This document shows, one piece after another, positions 46,585 through 56,239 of a stretch of 64,000 nt of DNA; the stretch's first letter is position 1, and the number at the start of each line of letters is the position of its first letter. Both the position numbers and the translations under genes were made by a program. The notes below the pieces were generated by a model. That model worked only from the letters and a program-made list of their open reading frames with translations. It was not told the DNA's origin and ran no database searches. The stretch covers positions 15,757 to 79,756 of the forward strand of contig DATIPT010000069.1 of assembly GCA_035471625.1 (NCBI GenBank), read 5' to 3'. The stretch is from Anaerolineales bacterium. GTDB taxonomy: Bacteria > Chloroflexota > Anaerolineae > Anaerolineales > E44-bin32.

Positions 46585-46610
46585 GCCGGACCCCTTGGGG
46601 TCCGGCTTTC
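46585..46610 (+). terminator. Intrinsic terminator after hsp20
   Basis: GCCGGACCCC-TT-GGGGTCCGGC followed by TTTC. Confidence 0.6.
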
Positions 46611-46706
46611 GCGTTGGAAGGAGGCGGAACGGCCAGCCGGCCGGGTAGAATTGGGCGATCTCCCGTTGGCCGTCCGGAGCCGCGGGCCCATTGCGAGAGG
46701 TGGGTC

Positions 46707-47261
46707 ATGAGCAGCGAAGCCAAGGAAGTCTCGACGCAGGAGATACCCGCCCGACGCGTGGGTTGCGTCCGGCGCGGCCTTTACATCTTCATCGTCGCCG
46801 TGGTGATCCTCAGCTTCGCGGCGGGATCGATCTACTACCTGTGGGTCCAGCCCATCAGCCAGGAAAGGGCCTCCCTGGCCAGCAGGCTAGAGGCGGCCGT
46901 CGCCGAGCTGGAAGACCTTCGACCGCTCGTGGCGGAGAACGAGCGCCTGCAGGCTGAAGCCAAGAACGCAGCGCTGCAGTTGCTGGTCCTGTCGGCCCTT
47001 GTCGACGTCAACGCGGCGCGCGTCAGCCTGGCCCTGGGAGATGCGGAGGCGGCCGCCGCCACGCTGGCCTCGATTGAACGCGGGTTGTCCGCGCTTCAGA
47101 GCCGTCTGACCGGTGAAGAAGCTCGGGCCGTCGGGCAGATGCGGGATCGGCTGGCTCTGGTGCGCGGGGAAATCGCGGCGGATGCCTTCGCCGCGGGACG
47201 GGACCTTGAAGTGCTAGCAAACGATCTAGCGCAGCTGGCGGAGGCTCTTCAAGCTCCGTAG
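46707..47261 (+). CDS. Single-pass membrane coiled-coil protein, unknown function
   Basis: ATG 46707 after GAGAGGTGGG. TM 'LYIFIVAVVILSFAAGSIYYLW' followed by an Ala/Leu/Glu-rich helical segment. No motif recognised. Confidence 0.5.
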   Translation: MSSEAKEVSTQEIPARRVGCVRRGLYIFIVAVVILSFAAGSIYYLWVQPISQERASLASRLEAAVAELEDLRPLVAENERLQAEAKNAALQLLVLSALVDVNAARVSLALGDAEAAAATLASIERGLSALQSRLTGEEARAVGQMRDRLALVRGEIAADAFAAGRDLEVLANDLAQLAEALQAP

Positions 47262-47315
47262 CGCGCAAGACAGCCTTCGTCGGTTGCTTCTCGCCGACTG
47301 GCCTCCACCCCGGGC

Positions 47316-48428
47316 TCAGTACCGCAGACGGGCGCCGATCGAACCCGCATCCTCCAAGCCCGTCGCCGGTCCGACGATATCGACTTCGCCCCCATCGCGC
47401 AACACTCGCCGGATGGCGAGCTCCACGGCATCGGGGATCTCGCGGTACGGCTTGCTGCAATACGGGCATCCATCGAGAGGCCGTTTGGCCGTCAGGTCGC
47501 CGCAGCCGGTGCACTCGAAACCGGGTGCCCGGAAGCCGTCGCGTACAAACATCGTCATCACTCGTCCCTGCTGGACCGCCTGCAGCGTTTCGTCCAGGTG
47601 CACGACACCATCCTGTCCCTTGGCAGCGGCCGTCACGAGCGCCTCGACCCGTTCGTGCTCGGCCCGGCTCTCGGACGCCTCGGCCAGGCCGAGGACGCGT
47701 TCCTGGATCTCTTCGATCCCGGCATCCATCTCAATCGCGAACTCGGCGACGATCAGGCTTTGCCAGGTCTTGGGGAGCAGGGAGCGAAAACGAGGAGTCG
47801 TCGTCGGATGGCCGCCCAGCAGGATCCGGCGGGTCCGGCGACTCTGGAAGTAGGCCGCCGCCGCCTCGGCGCTCTCGCGCAGGTTGCGGTCGGCGACCTC
47901 CTGCGTGTGGCGGGTCCGTCCAGCGATCCCCCCGAGCCGGCCCGGGAAGCTCGAGGCGCCGCCCCGCTTCGTCCGGCGAATGGGCTCGCCCAAGGTTCCG
48001 GCCTCCTCTTCCAAATGGCCGAGGTGGAAGTGGAAGAGGCGCAGGGCGCGCTGGTCGACGATCGCCACGGCGCTGTTGCCATAGTTGTCGAAGAGATCCG
48101 CCAGGGGCTTGATGTACGGCCGGTCCGACCAGCGGGCGCGGCTGCGGAGGGTGAGATCGAAGGAGTAGGCACGGAAGAAGTGGCCGGCTCGATGGCTGAA
48201 CATCGCCAAGCTTCGACCTCGGTGGCCGCGTCCGTAGTCAAAATGATGCAGAACGGCTTCGATATCGTCGTCGGCGTCGCCCTCGAAGGGTCGCAGGATC
48301 TCGCGCAGACGGGCCCGAACCGCGTCCGGCGCGGAGTTCATGGGATCGAGGTCCACGTAGACACTGAGGATCGGTGACGAGGGGGCGTATCCGAGCAGTT
48401 CCTGCACGACCGGTTCGTCGATCATCAT
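47316..48428 (-). CDS. eRF1/Pelota-like (bacterial archaeo-eukaryotic release-factor-like) protein lacking GGQ
   Basis: The M-domain-like stretch 'PYIKPLADLFDNYGNSAVAIVDQRALRLFHF...RRTKRGGASSF' is collinear with eRF1 'KKHGRGGQSALRF'. The C-domain-like region has a Zn-ribbon insert 'CTGCGDLT...CPYCS'. GGGAGGGG RBS. Confidence 0.65.
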   Translation of the reverse strand: MMIDEPVVQELLGYAPSSPILSVYVDLDPMNSAPDAVRARLREILRPFEGDADDDIEAVLHHFDYGRGHRGRSLAMFSHRAGHFFRAYSFDLTLRSRARWSDRPYIKPLADLFDNYGNSAVAIVDQRALRLFHFHLGHLEEEAGTLGEPIRRTKRGGASSFPGRLGGIAGRTRHTQEVADRNLRESAEAAAAYFQSRRTRRILLGGHPTTTPRFRSLLPKTWQSLIVAEFAIEMDAGIEEIQERVLGLAEASESRAEHERVEALVTAAAKGQDGVVHLDETLQAVQQGRVMTMFVRDGFRAPGFECTGCGDLTAKRPLDGCPYCSKPYREIPDAVELAIRRVLRDGGEVDIVGPATGLEDAGSIGARLRY

Positions 48429-48445
48429 CCCCTCCCAGGAGACGG

Positions 48446-49639
48446 TCAGGGGCGGGCGTCGAGCGTGACGGGGATATCCAGTTGCTGGCCGCCACGTAGG
48501 ACGGTCAGAACAACCTCCTGCCCGACTTCCGTCTCCTTCAACAGATGTGAGAGCAAGTCGGAGAAGTCTTGGACGACGTGGCCGTCAATGGCGACGATCA
48601 GGTCGCCGCCGGCGGTCAATGCCGACCCGTTGCATCGGCCGGCGCCGACGAGCCCGGCGCGCGCCGCCGGACCGCCGGGCGTGACGCATGTGACATACGC
48701 GCCGGTGGCCTCGGGCGGGAGGCCGAGGGCCTCCACGGTGCGAAGATTCCAGGCCGATTCGTTGAGGCTGGTCACGCCGAGGTAGGGGTAATCGTAGCGT
48801 CCAGTTTCAATCAGCGCTGGGGCCACCCGGCGGACAATGTTCACCGGGATGGCGAATCCCACCCCGCTGTTGGCGGCCTCGCCGGCGACGGTGAAGGTCT
48901 CGGTCCGGATGGCCCGGTTGACGCCGACGACCTCACCGGCGAGATTGATCAGCGGACCCCCGGAGTTGCCGGGGTTGAGGGCGGCGTCGGTCTGAAGGAT
49001 GTCGCCGGCGGTGTAGAAGCTGTCTCCGTCGGGGGTAGACCGCTGCGAGTCCAAGGTCCGTCCAATCGCCGAGACGACGCCCAGGGTCATGGTGCCCGTC
49101 AAGCCGAAGGGATTCCCGATCGCCACCACCAGGTCGCCGACCCGGACGTCGTCCGAGTCGCCAAGGGGGAGAGGGGTTAGAACCTCGGGCGACACCTCGA
49201 CGCGGAGCAACGCGAGATCCGAGTCCGGGTCGGTGCCCACCACATCGGCCCAGGCTTTCAGGCCGGAGGTGAAATCGACCTCGACCTCTGAGGCGCCTTC
49301 GACGACGTGCTGGTTCGTCACGATGTGGCCCTGGCGGTCGATCACGAAACCCGACCCCTGAGACAACGGCACGTTCGAGTCGTGCGCCCCGCCGATGTCG
49401 CTGTAGACCCAAATCGTGACGACACCCGGGCTGGCGGCCGCGTACAAGTCGGCCAGGTCCGGCAGACCGGTCTCGACGGTCCCAACCGAGGTGGGAAGCG
49501 GCGCCAGGGTCACGGCCGGCGCTCCGACTTCTGGCGTCGGAAGCGGCGCCTGGGTCGGCAGCGTGCAGGCCAGCGAGGCGGCGAGAAGTGCTCCTACGGC
49601 GGACCATCCGCCGATCCAGCTCCTGAGCGATCGCGTCAT
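48446..49639 (-). CDS. HtrA/DegP-family serine protease with PDZ domain
   Basis: Catalytic contexts 'IVTNQHVV', 'DSDLALLRV', '[18 protein letters not shown]'. C-terminal PDZ '[18 protein letters not shown]'. The start overlaps the J-protein stop (ATGA 49636-49639). Confidence 0.9.
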   Translation of the reverse strand: MTRSLRSWIGGWSAVGALLAASLACTLPTQAPLPTPEVGAPAVTLAPLPTSVGTVETGLPDLADLYAAASPGVVTIWVYSDIGGAHDSNVPLSQGSGFVIDRQGHIVTNQHVVEGASEVEVDFTSGLKAWADVVGTDPDSDLALLRVEVSPEVLTPLPLGDSDDVRVGDLVVAIGNPFGLTGTMTLGVVSAIGRTLDSQRSTPDGDSFYTAGDILQTDAALNPGNSGGPLINLAGEVVGVNRAIRTETFTVAGEAANSGVGFAIPVNIVRRVAPALIETGRYDYPYLGVTSLNESAWNLRTVEALGLPPEATGAYVTCVTPGGPAARAGLVGAGRCNGSALTAGGDLIVAIDGHVVQDFSDLLSHLLKETEVGQEVVLTVLRGGQQLDIPVTLDARP

Positions 49640-50592
49640 TCGATACCATTCCGTTTTCGCCGCAGCGCGGCAAGTCGCTCGAATAGGTCCTTCTCTTCCG
49701 GCGTCAGGTTGCGAGGGATCCGGACCTTCAAGCGGGCGTACAGATCACCCTTCTGTGATGGTTTGTGGAGAGCGGGCATCCCGCGTCCCTTGAGGCGGAA
49801 GACCTGGCCGGGTTGGCTTCCGGCCGGGATCTTGAGGACAACTGCGCCGGTCGGGGTGGCGACGCTGGCCTCGCCGCCCAGGGCGGCAATGCTCACCTCG
49901 ACCTCCACGTCGACGTGAAGGTTGTCCCCGTCGCGGCTGAAGCGCGGGTCCTGGGCAACGTCGATCATCAGGTACAGGTCGCCGGTGGCGCCGCGCCCCG
50001 CCTCGCCCTGTCCGCTGACGCGGACCCGCGTTCCCGAGCGAGCTCCCGGCGGGATCTTGACCTCCAGGTTGCGGCTGTTGCGCCGGATCTTCCGCTGCGT
50101 ACCGTGGTAGGCCTCCTCGAGAGAGATCGACACTTTCTGTTCGAGATCACGCCCGCGGGGCCGCGCCCCGCTGGCGGTCATCCCGCCGAAGATGGCCTGG
50201 AAGAAATCGGAGAAGCCGCCGCCGAACAGGCTGTCCAGATCGCCCACTTCGACGCGAACCCCGCCCGGGGCGCCGCCCATCCACTGGGACCAGTCGAATC
50301 CACCGGGGGCCCCGCCCATCGAACGCCACTGCTGGTAGGATGCGCCCAGCCGATCGTACTTGGCGCGCTTCGTCGGATCTCCGAGGACTTCGTAGGCCTC
50401 GTTGATCTCCTTGAAGCGGTTCTCGGATTCGTTGTCTCCGGGATTCTTGTCGGGGTGGAACTTGACCGCCAGGCGCCGATAGGCGCGCTTGATCTCCTTT
50501 TCGTCGGCGTTCCGCTCGACACCAAGAATCCGGTAGTAGTCCTTGTATTCCAATGCAGCCTCGCTCGATTTCATTGTAAAGGCCGACTTCAA
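49636..50592 (-). CDS. CbpA-like J-domain co-chaperone (no zinc-finger domain)
   Basis: J-domain '[36 protein letters not shown]', a G/F-rich segment, and two DnaJ C-terminal beta domains. No CxxCxGxG repeats. Alternative start at 50574. Confidence 0.85.
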   Translation of the reverse strand: MKSAFTMKSSEAALEYKDYYRILGVERNADEKEIKRAYRRLAVKFHPDKNPGDNESENRFKEINEAYEVLGDPTKRAKYDRLGASYQQWRSMGGAPGGFDWSQWMGGAPGGVRVEVGDLDSLFGGGFSDFFQAIFGGMTASGARPRGRDLEQKVSISLEEAYHGTQRKIRRNSRNLEVKIPPGARSGTRVRVSGQGEAGRGATGDLYLMIDVAQDPRFSRDGDNLHVDVEVEVSIAALGGEASVATPTGAVVLKIPAGSQPGQVFRLKGRGMPALHKPSQKGDLYARLKVRIPRNLTPEEKDLFERLAALRRKRNGIE

Positions 50593-50752
50593 CAGGCGTC
50601 AAGCGACAGGGTCCGGGCGAGCTCACCGGAGGCGCCCCGGGCGACCACCGTCCAACGGACGCTCACGCGCCGGCCCTGGCTCGGAAGTCCCCGGCAGGGC
50701 CAAGAGTCGTCGCGGGGCGCTGCCGAGAGATGCGGCGGCATGGGGTCCGTGC

Positions 50753-50758
50753 TATGAT
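50753..50758 (+). promoter_or_regulatory. -10 box (GCTATGAT) 6 nt upstream of the REC-GAF gene ATG - leaderless candidate
   Basis: TATGAT at 50753-50758, ATG at 50765, no SD. Confidence 0.4.
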
Positions 50759-50764
50759 TCCGGC

Positions 50765-51937
50765 ATGGCTGGCACCTCGACGCGCGAGCGCGTTCTCGTC
50801 GTCGATGAGGATCCTGATGTCCTCGACCTACTCGAGCGGCAGGTGCTGGAGCCCATGGGCTACACGGTGGCGACGGCCGACGACGCCGGAGCCGCGATCC
50901 AGCACGCACTGAATTTCTCCCCCGATCTGATCATCGCCAGCCTGATGCTCCCCGGCCTGTCGGGCAAGGATCTTCTGGTGGCTCTCCGGTCACAGGGGAT
51001 GGACGTCCCGATGCTTGTCACGGCGCCGGAAGGCATGGAGGGAGATGCCATCCAGGCCTTCCGGCTGGGCGCCCGCGACTACCTGGTGAAGCCCTTGCGT
51101 GAGGCCGAAGTCGTTGCGGCCGTCGAGCGAGCGTTGAATGACGTCCGCCTGCGCCTCGAGCGGCAGCAGCTGGCCGACGAGTTGGCCGAGAGCAACCGCC
51201 AGCTCGAACGGCGGGTCCGAGAGTTGACGACGCTGTACGGGATCGGGAAGGCGGTCACCTCGACCACCAACCAGAGTCAGCTGTTCGCCAAGCTGATGGA
51301 GGGCAGCCAGTACGTGACCGAGGCCGACCTGGGCTGGGTGCTGCTCGAAGAGGACGACAGCGAGCAGCTGGTGCTGCGCGCCCAGAAGAACCTGCCGCCG
51401 GCGTTGGCGGCGAAACTCCACCAGCCATGGGACGACGGAGTCAGTTCCCTCGTGATGCTATCGGGGGAGGCGCTCAGCATTCACGGCGAGGGCTTGGGTC
51501 AATTCAAACTGGCCCGTTTCGGGAAGGCGGCCCTCCTCGCCCCGATCAAGGTCCGAGATCAAGCCATCGGGGTCATCTGTGTCGCCCGTCAGGATCCGCG
51601 GCCATTCGGGGAGCGCGAGCAGGCCATGCTCGAGGCGGTCGCCGACTACGCCTCGATCTCCCTGGTCAACGCCCGCCTTTTCCAGGCGCTGGAGGGACGG
51701 GCGCGACATCTGCAGCGCGTGCTCGATCAGTCGGGAGGTCTGTCGAATCTCGAGGCGGCCGCAGACCTGCGGCGGAGCCTGGCTGATCTCGACCATCGGC
51801 TGGGCCAGACGCTGGAGGCCGGCAATCCGACCGAGATGCGCGCTGCCGCCGAGGCCTCCCGGGCCAAAGTGGAGGAGCTCCTGAGACGGTTGGCGGCCGC
51901 CGCGGAAGAAGGCTCCCCGGCTGGCCCGCGGCCCTGA
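50765..51937 (+). CDS. Response-regulator receiver - coiled-coil - GAF protein (no DNA-binding output)
   Basis: 'RVLVVDEDPDVLDLL', 'DLIIASLMLPGLSG', 'GARDYLVKP'. GAF ending 'SISLVNARLFQALE'. Confidence 0.8.
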   Translation: MAGTSTRERVLVVDEDPDVLDLLERQVLEPMGYTVATADDAGAAIQHALNFSPDLIIASLMLPGLSGKDLLVALRSQGMDVPMLVTAPEGMEGDAIQAFRLGARDYLVKPLREAEVVAAVERALNDVRLRLERQQLADELAESNRQLERRVRELTTLYGIGKAVTSTTNQSQLFAKLMEGSQYVTEADLGWVLLEEDDSEQLVLRAQKNLPPALAAKLHQPWDDGVSSLVMLSGEALSIHGEGLGQFKLARFGKAALLAPIKVRDQAIGVICVARQDPRPFGEREQAMLEAVADYASISLVNARLFQALEGRARHLQRVLDQSGGLSNLEAAADLRRSLADLDHRLGQTLEAGNPTEMRAAAEASRAKVEELLRRLAAAAEEGSPAGPRP

Positions 51938-51963
51938 CATCCGCCCCGCCTCGACCGGATCTC

Positions 51964-53883
51964 ATGGATCCGCCGCTCATCCTCATCGCTGACGACAACC
52001 GAGACATCCGAGAGTTCCTCGAGCAGGCTGTCCTGATCCCGGCTGGATACCGCGTGCGTGCCGTCGGCGACGGGCTCTCGGCGGTTGCCCTGACCCGCGA
52101 GCTGCTGCCGGATCTGGTCATCACCGATCTCCAGATGCCCGGGATGCAGGGGCTCGACGTGATTCGGCGGATTCGCCAGGATCGGAACGGGCCTCCGGTC
52201 ATCCTGATGACGAGCGAGGGATCGGAGCAAGTGGCCATCGAGGCGTTGCGGGCTGGCGCCGTCGACTACCTGGCCAAGCCCTTTGAAGCCGAGCAGTTGC
52301 TGGCGGCGGTCGGCAGGGCTCTGGCCGAGGGTCGGCGCTGGCGCGCCGTCCGTCAGGAGCAAGCTGATGCCGAAGTTTCAGCCGCCACTCTGGAGCGCAG
52401 GCTGCAAGAGCTGGAGGCGCTGTCGCTGATCGGGCGGACCGTCACGGCCGTGCTGGACCTCGACGAGGTCCTGACGACGGTCGTCGATGCCGCGGTGCGC
52501 CTGACCGGGGCCGAGGAGGGCAGCCTGCTGCTCCTCGACCCGGCGAGCGGCGAACTCTACATGCGAGCCTCCAAGAACTTCGACGAGGAGTTCGCTCGGA
52601 CCTTCCGGCTGCACGTCAAGGACTCGCTGGCGGGGCAGGTTCTCGCGACCGGCGAGCCGGTGATCCTCGACCAAGCATCGCCACAGAAGATCAAGACGGC
52701 GTATCTGGTTCACTCCCTCCTGTATGTGCCCCTGCAGGTTCGCGGAAGGACGATTGGCGTTCTGGGAGTCGACAACCGCAAGGCGGGCCGGAGCCTGACC
52801 GCACAGGACCGGACGATAATGCTGGCGATGGCCGACTACGCAGCAATCGCCATTGAGAATGCGCAGCTGTACCAGGCCAGCGAAGCGGAGCGCCGCAAGA
52901 TCGAGACGGTCCTGACCCAGACCGAGAGCGGGGTCCTGGTCCTCGATCCTGAGAACCGGATCGTCCTGCTCAATCGGGCCGCCCGCCAGATCTATGGGAT
53001 CGAGCGGAATGTCGACGGCCGATCGATCGCCGAGGTGGTCGACGATCCGCGCCTGCTGGCGTTCACGCGGGCCGGAAGTGAGATCACCCGCCGGGAGGAG
53101 ATCGAGGCGCCCGATGGGCGGGTCTTCATCGCCCAACGTTCGCTCATCCCGCCGCTTGGCCAGGCGATCGTGATGCACGACGTCACTCACCTCAAAGAAC
53201 TCGACCGCATCAAGTCGGAGTTCGTCACCACGGTTTCCCACGACTTGCGCTCCCCGCTTACGGCGATCCTCGGGTACGTCGAGTTGATCGAACGCGCCGG
53301 CGACGTAAACGACCAGCAGCGCGAATTCATCCGGAGGGTCCGACTCTCCGTGGAGCAAATGACTCACCTGGTGACAGACCTGCTCGATCTGGGAAGGATC
53401 GAGGCGGGGCTGGACGCTACCCGCGAGGCGACACCGGTCTCCGTCCTGGCCCGCTACGCGCTGGACGGGCTGCGCAATTCGGCCGAGGTCAAGCGACTGG
53501 TGGTCATCGCAGATCTCCCCGATGAGCTGCCCCTGGTGCGGGGAGATCCCTACCGCCTGCGGCAGATGATCGGGAATCTCCTCGAGAATGCCATCAAGTA
53601 CACCCCCGAAGGCGGAAAAGTGACGATCCGAGGGAGCGCCGAAGGAGAGCAAGTCATCCTGCGGGTCGTCGATACTGGCCCGGGGATCGCTGCCGTCGAG
53701 CAGCCCTACATCTTCGACAAGTTCTTCCGTGGCAGCAATGTGCCCGAGGACAGCGGCGGGACGGGGTTGGGGCTATCGATCGTCAAGTCGATCGTGGATA
53801 GTCACCAGGGGCGAATCTGGGTCGACTCGGAGATCGGCAAGGGGACGACCTTCACCGTGGTCCTGCCGCGCGCCGAAGCCTGA
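51964..53883 (+). CDS. Hybrid REC-GAF-PAS histidine kinase
   Basis: 'LILIADDNRDIREFL', 'DLVITDLQMPGMQG', 'GAVDYLAKP'. GAF 'AIAIENAQLYQ'. H-box 'SHDLRSPLTAILGY', 'LLENAIKYT', 'DTGPGI', 'GTGLGLSIVKSI'. Confidence 0.9.
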   Translation: MDPPLILIADDNRDIREFLEQAVLIPAGYRVRAVGDGLSAVALTRELLPDLVITDLQMPGMQGLDVIRRIRQDRNGPPVILMTSEGSEQVAIEALRAGAVDYLAKPFEAEQLLAAVGRALAEGRRWRAVRQEQADAEVSAATLERRLQELEALSLIGRTVTAVLDLDEVLTTVVDAAVRLTGAEEGSLLLLDPASGELYMRASKNFDEEFARTFRLHVKDSLAGQVLATGEPVILDQASPQKIKTAYLVHSLLYVPLQVRGRTIGVLGVDNRKAGRSLTAQDRTIMLAMADYAAIAIENAQLYQASEAERRKIETVLTQTESGVLVLDPENRIVLLNRAARQIYGIERNVDGRSIAEVVDDPRLLAFTRAGSEITRREEIEAPDGRVFIAQRSLIPPLGQAIVMHDVTHLKELDRIKSEFVTTVSHDLRSPLTAILGYVELIERAGDVNDQQREFIRRVRLSVEQMTHLVTDLLDLGRIEAGLDATREATPVSVLARYALDGLRNSAEVKRLVVIADLPDELPLVRGDPYRLRQMIGNLLENAIKYTPEGGKVTIRGSAEGEQVILRVVDTGPGIAAVEQPYIFDKFFRGSNVPEDSGGTGLGLSIVKSIVDSHQGRIWVDSEIGKGTTFTVVLPRAEA

Positions 53884-54190
53884 CCCCGGCACGGCGCACC
53901 GGCCGCGCGCCGGGTCGATCCGCGATCTTGGGCGGTGCACGGTTCACTGCGGATCGCGGTCTTCCCGCGTTGGAGGCCATTGGCAGGCGGTAGACGCGAG
54001 CCTCCGCCGGGGCGGTGAGGGGGGTAACCCGGCGGAGGCCTTCGCCAAAGGAGGAGACAGCGATTGGCAATGGGGTGCCCGATCTTGTCTCCGCTCGCTA
54101 TAATACGTCTCGGCAAGGGAGCGCTTCCACGAAGAAGGTCACGCACCCCGAGTGACGTTGCTCCGAGGCCCTTCGCCAGAGCCTTCACGG

Positions 54191-55441
54191 ATGCGAGATT
54201 CGGCAGACCTCCGACGGCGTTTGGATCGCCTCGGCCGCAAGCGGCCGGCGCGGGCTGAGCCGCGTCGCCCAGATCGGGTTGCGGCGCGGGACCTGCCGCC
54301 GGGCGAAGAGATAGCAACCTCGCGCGGAACCGCCTACCGGATTGAGAGTCGCTTCTCTCTCGATCATGAGCACGGTCGGTGGCCGCTCCACGCCGCGTTG
54401 AGCTACGATCCGGCCCTGGCGGCGCGCCTTGCACGACCGCAGGAGACCAATGGACTTGCGCCGGAACGCCTTGGATTCCTCGATACCGAGACGACCGGCC
54501 TGGCCGGTGGAGCGGGAACCATCGTGTTCCTGGTCGGGATCGGCCGGTTTGTCGGGAACGAGTTCCAACTGCGCCAGTACTTCTTGAGGGACCCTTCGGA
54601 AGAGGCGGCGATGCTGCTGGCGCTGCAGGAGGACCTCGAACCCGTCGAAGGCTTTGTGACCTTCAATGGCCAGCGCTTCGACCTGCCCCTGCTCGAGATG
54701 CGCTACACGACCGGCTTGCGGCGCCGCTGGCGCCTGAGCGACCTCCCCCAGTTGGATCTGCTCTTTCCGGCGCGGCGACTCTGGCGGAGCAGCCTGCCGG
54801 ATTGCACCCTAGCCACCTTGGAGACAGAACTCCTCGGGGTACAGCGTACCGACGAGGACATTCCGGGGTGGGAGATCCCCGGTCTGTACGTCGACTACTT
54901 GCGATCCGGACAGACCGACGCCATCCACCGCATCGTGTACCACAATGTGCAGGACATCCTATCGCTCGTCGGCCTGGCGGCGCACGTGCTCGACCGGCAC
55001 GCCGGCGACATCGGTGGGCTAACGGAGGCCGAGGCCCTGGCGCTCGCCCGCTGGCATTCCCGCCTGGGCAACCGGGGCGAGGCTGAGTCGTACTACCTTG
55101 CCGCGCTCGAGGCCGGCGACCCGGGAACCCGCCGGGAAGCCCTGCGGGGGTACACGGCGCTGCTCAAGAAGATGGGTCGGCGGGAGGAGGCGGTTTCCGG
55201 CTGGGACGCCTGGGGGGCCCTGGCGCCGGAAGACCCGACGCCGGCCATCGAACTGGCCAAGTACTTCGAGTGGGAAGCGCACGATCCGGCCTCAGCGATT
55301 CGCTGGACCGAGCAGGCCCGCGCCAGCCTGGATGCGTGGCCGGTCGACTGGCGTCGCAAGGCAATGGAGGCTGAGATCGAACACCGCCTGGAGCGGCTTC
55401 GCAAGAAGGCCTCGTCCTCCGCGGCCATCCCTCGCCGGTGA
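54191..55441 (+). CDS. RNase H-like (YprB-type predicted exonuclease) domain protein with C-terminal TPR-like repeats
   Basis: 'LGFLDTETTGLAGGAGTIVFLVGIG', 'FVTFNGQRFDLPLLEMRY', 'YHNVQDILSL'. C-terminal 'EAESYYLAALEAGD'. An alternative GTG start at 54152 is possible. Confidence 0.65.
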   Translation: MRDSADLRRRLDRLGRKRPARAEPRRPDRVAARDLPPGEEIATSRGTAYRIESRFSLDHEHGRWPLHAALSYDPALAARLARPQETNGLAPERLGFLDTETTGLAGGAGTIVFLVGIGRFVGNEFQLRQYFLRDPSEEAAMLLALQEDLEPVEGFVTFNGQRFDLPLLEMRYTTGLRRRWRLSDLPQLDLLFPARRLWRSSLPDCTLATLETELLGVQRTDEDIPGWEIPGLYVDYLRSGQTDAIHRIVYHNVQDILSLVGLAAHVLDRHAGDIGGLTEAEALALARWHSRLGNRGEAESYYLAALEAGDPGTRREALRGYTALLKKMGRREEAVSGWDAWGALAPEDPTPAIELAKYFEWEAHDPASAIRWTEQARASLDAWPVDWRRKAMEAEIEHRLERLRKKASSSAAIPRR

Positions 55442-55447
55442 ACCCGG

Positions 55448-56239
55448 CTACCGGGCCAGCAACCCCCACCGTTCCCGGGCTCGGCGCTCGAGGGCCCCAA
55501 ACACCAGTTGGTCGCTGGCCAATCCAAGGGTGATGATGATGAGCATCACCGCCACCACCTGACCCATATCATTCAACTCGCGGCCCATCATCAAGAGATT
55601 GCCAAGCCCCGGAAGCGCGTACAGAAGCTCCCCGGCCATCAGCGAGCGCCATGCGAACGCCCAGCCGAGCTTCATCCCGGTCAGGATTGACGGCAAGGCG
55701 GCCGGCAGGATGACATATGGGTACAGCTGCCAGCCGCGCGCACCGAGGTTGCGCGCGGCCCGGATGAACACCGGAGGAGAGTTGCGGACTCCATCCTCGG
55801 TCGCCTGGCTGATGGCCAGCACCGACCCCATCACCACAACGAACAAGATCGCTTGCGGGTTCAAGCCGAACCACAGGAGGGCGAGGGGGAGCCAACAGAT
55901 GCTCGGAAGAGCCTGCAGTCCCATCACGACCAGCCCCAGGGTTTCCTTGAGCCACCGAACCTGGGCGAGTAGCAACCCAAGTGTCAGTCCGATCACGGTG
56001 GCGATCAGGTACCCCTGCAGCAGGCGGCCAAGAGAGCCGAGGATCCCCTTGGCGAACATCCCCATGGAGAAGCCGCTCAGGAGGGAACTGGCAACGGCCG
56101 AGGGCGACGGGAAGATGTAAGCGGGCCACAGGCCCATCCATGCCAGGACCTGCCAGGCGACCAGGATCCCAAGGAGAAAGAGGCCCCGGCGGATCCACAG
56201 GTTGGCCCGGGGCGAGAGGCGCCGTGCGACATCAGTCAT
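55448..56239 (-). CDS. ABC transporter permease (nitrate/sulfonate/taurine type)
   Basis: Six TM segments and an EAA-like loop 'ISQATEDGVRNSPPVFIRAARNLGA'. Confidence 0.85.
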   Translation of the reverse strand: MTDVARRLSPRANLWIRRGLFLLGILVAWQVLAWMGLWPAYIFPSPSAVASSLLSGFSMGMFAKGILGSLGRLLQGYLIATVIGLTLGLLLAQVRWLKETLGLVVMGLQALPSICWLPLALLWFGLNPQAILFVVVMGSVLAISQATEDGVRNSPPVFIRAARNLGARGWQLYPYVILPAALPSILTGMKLGWAFAWRSLMAGELLYALPGLGNLLMMGRELNDMGQVVAVMLIIITLGLASDQLVFGALERRARERWGLLAR

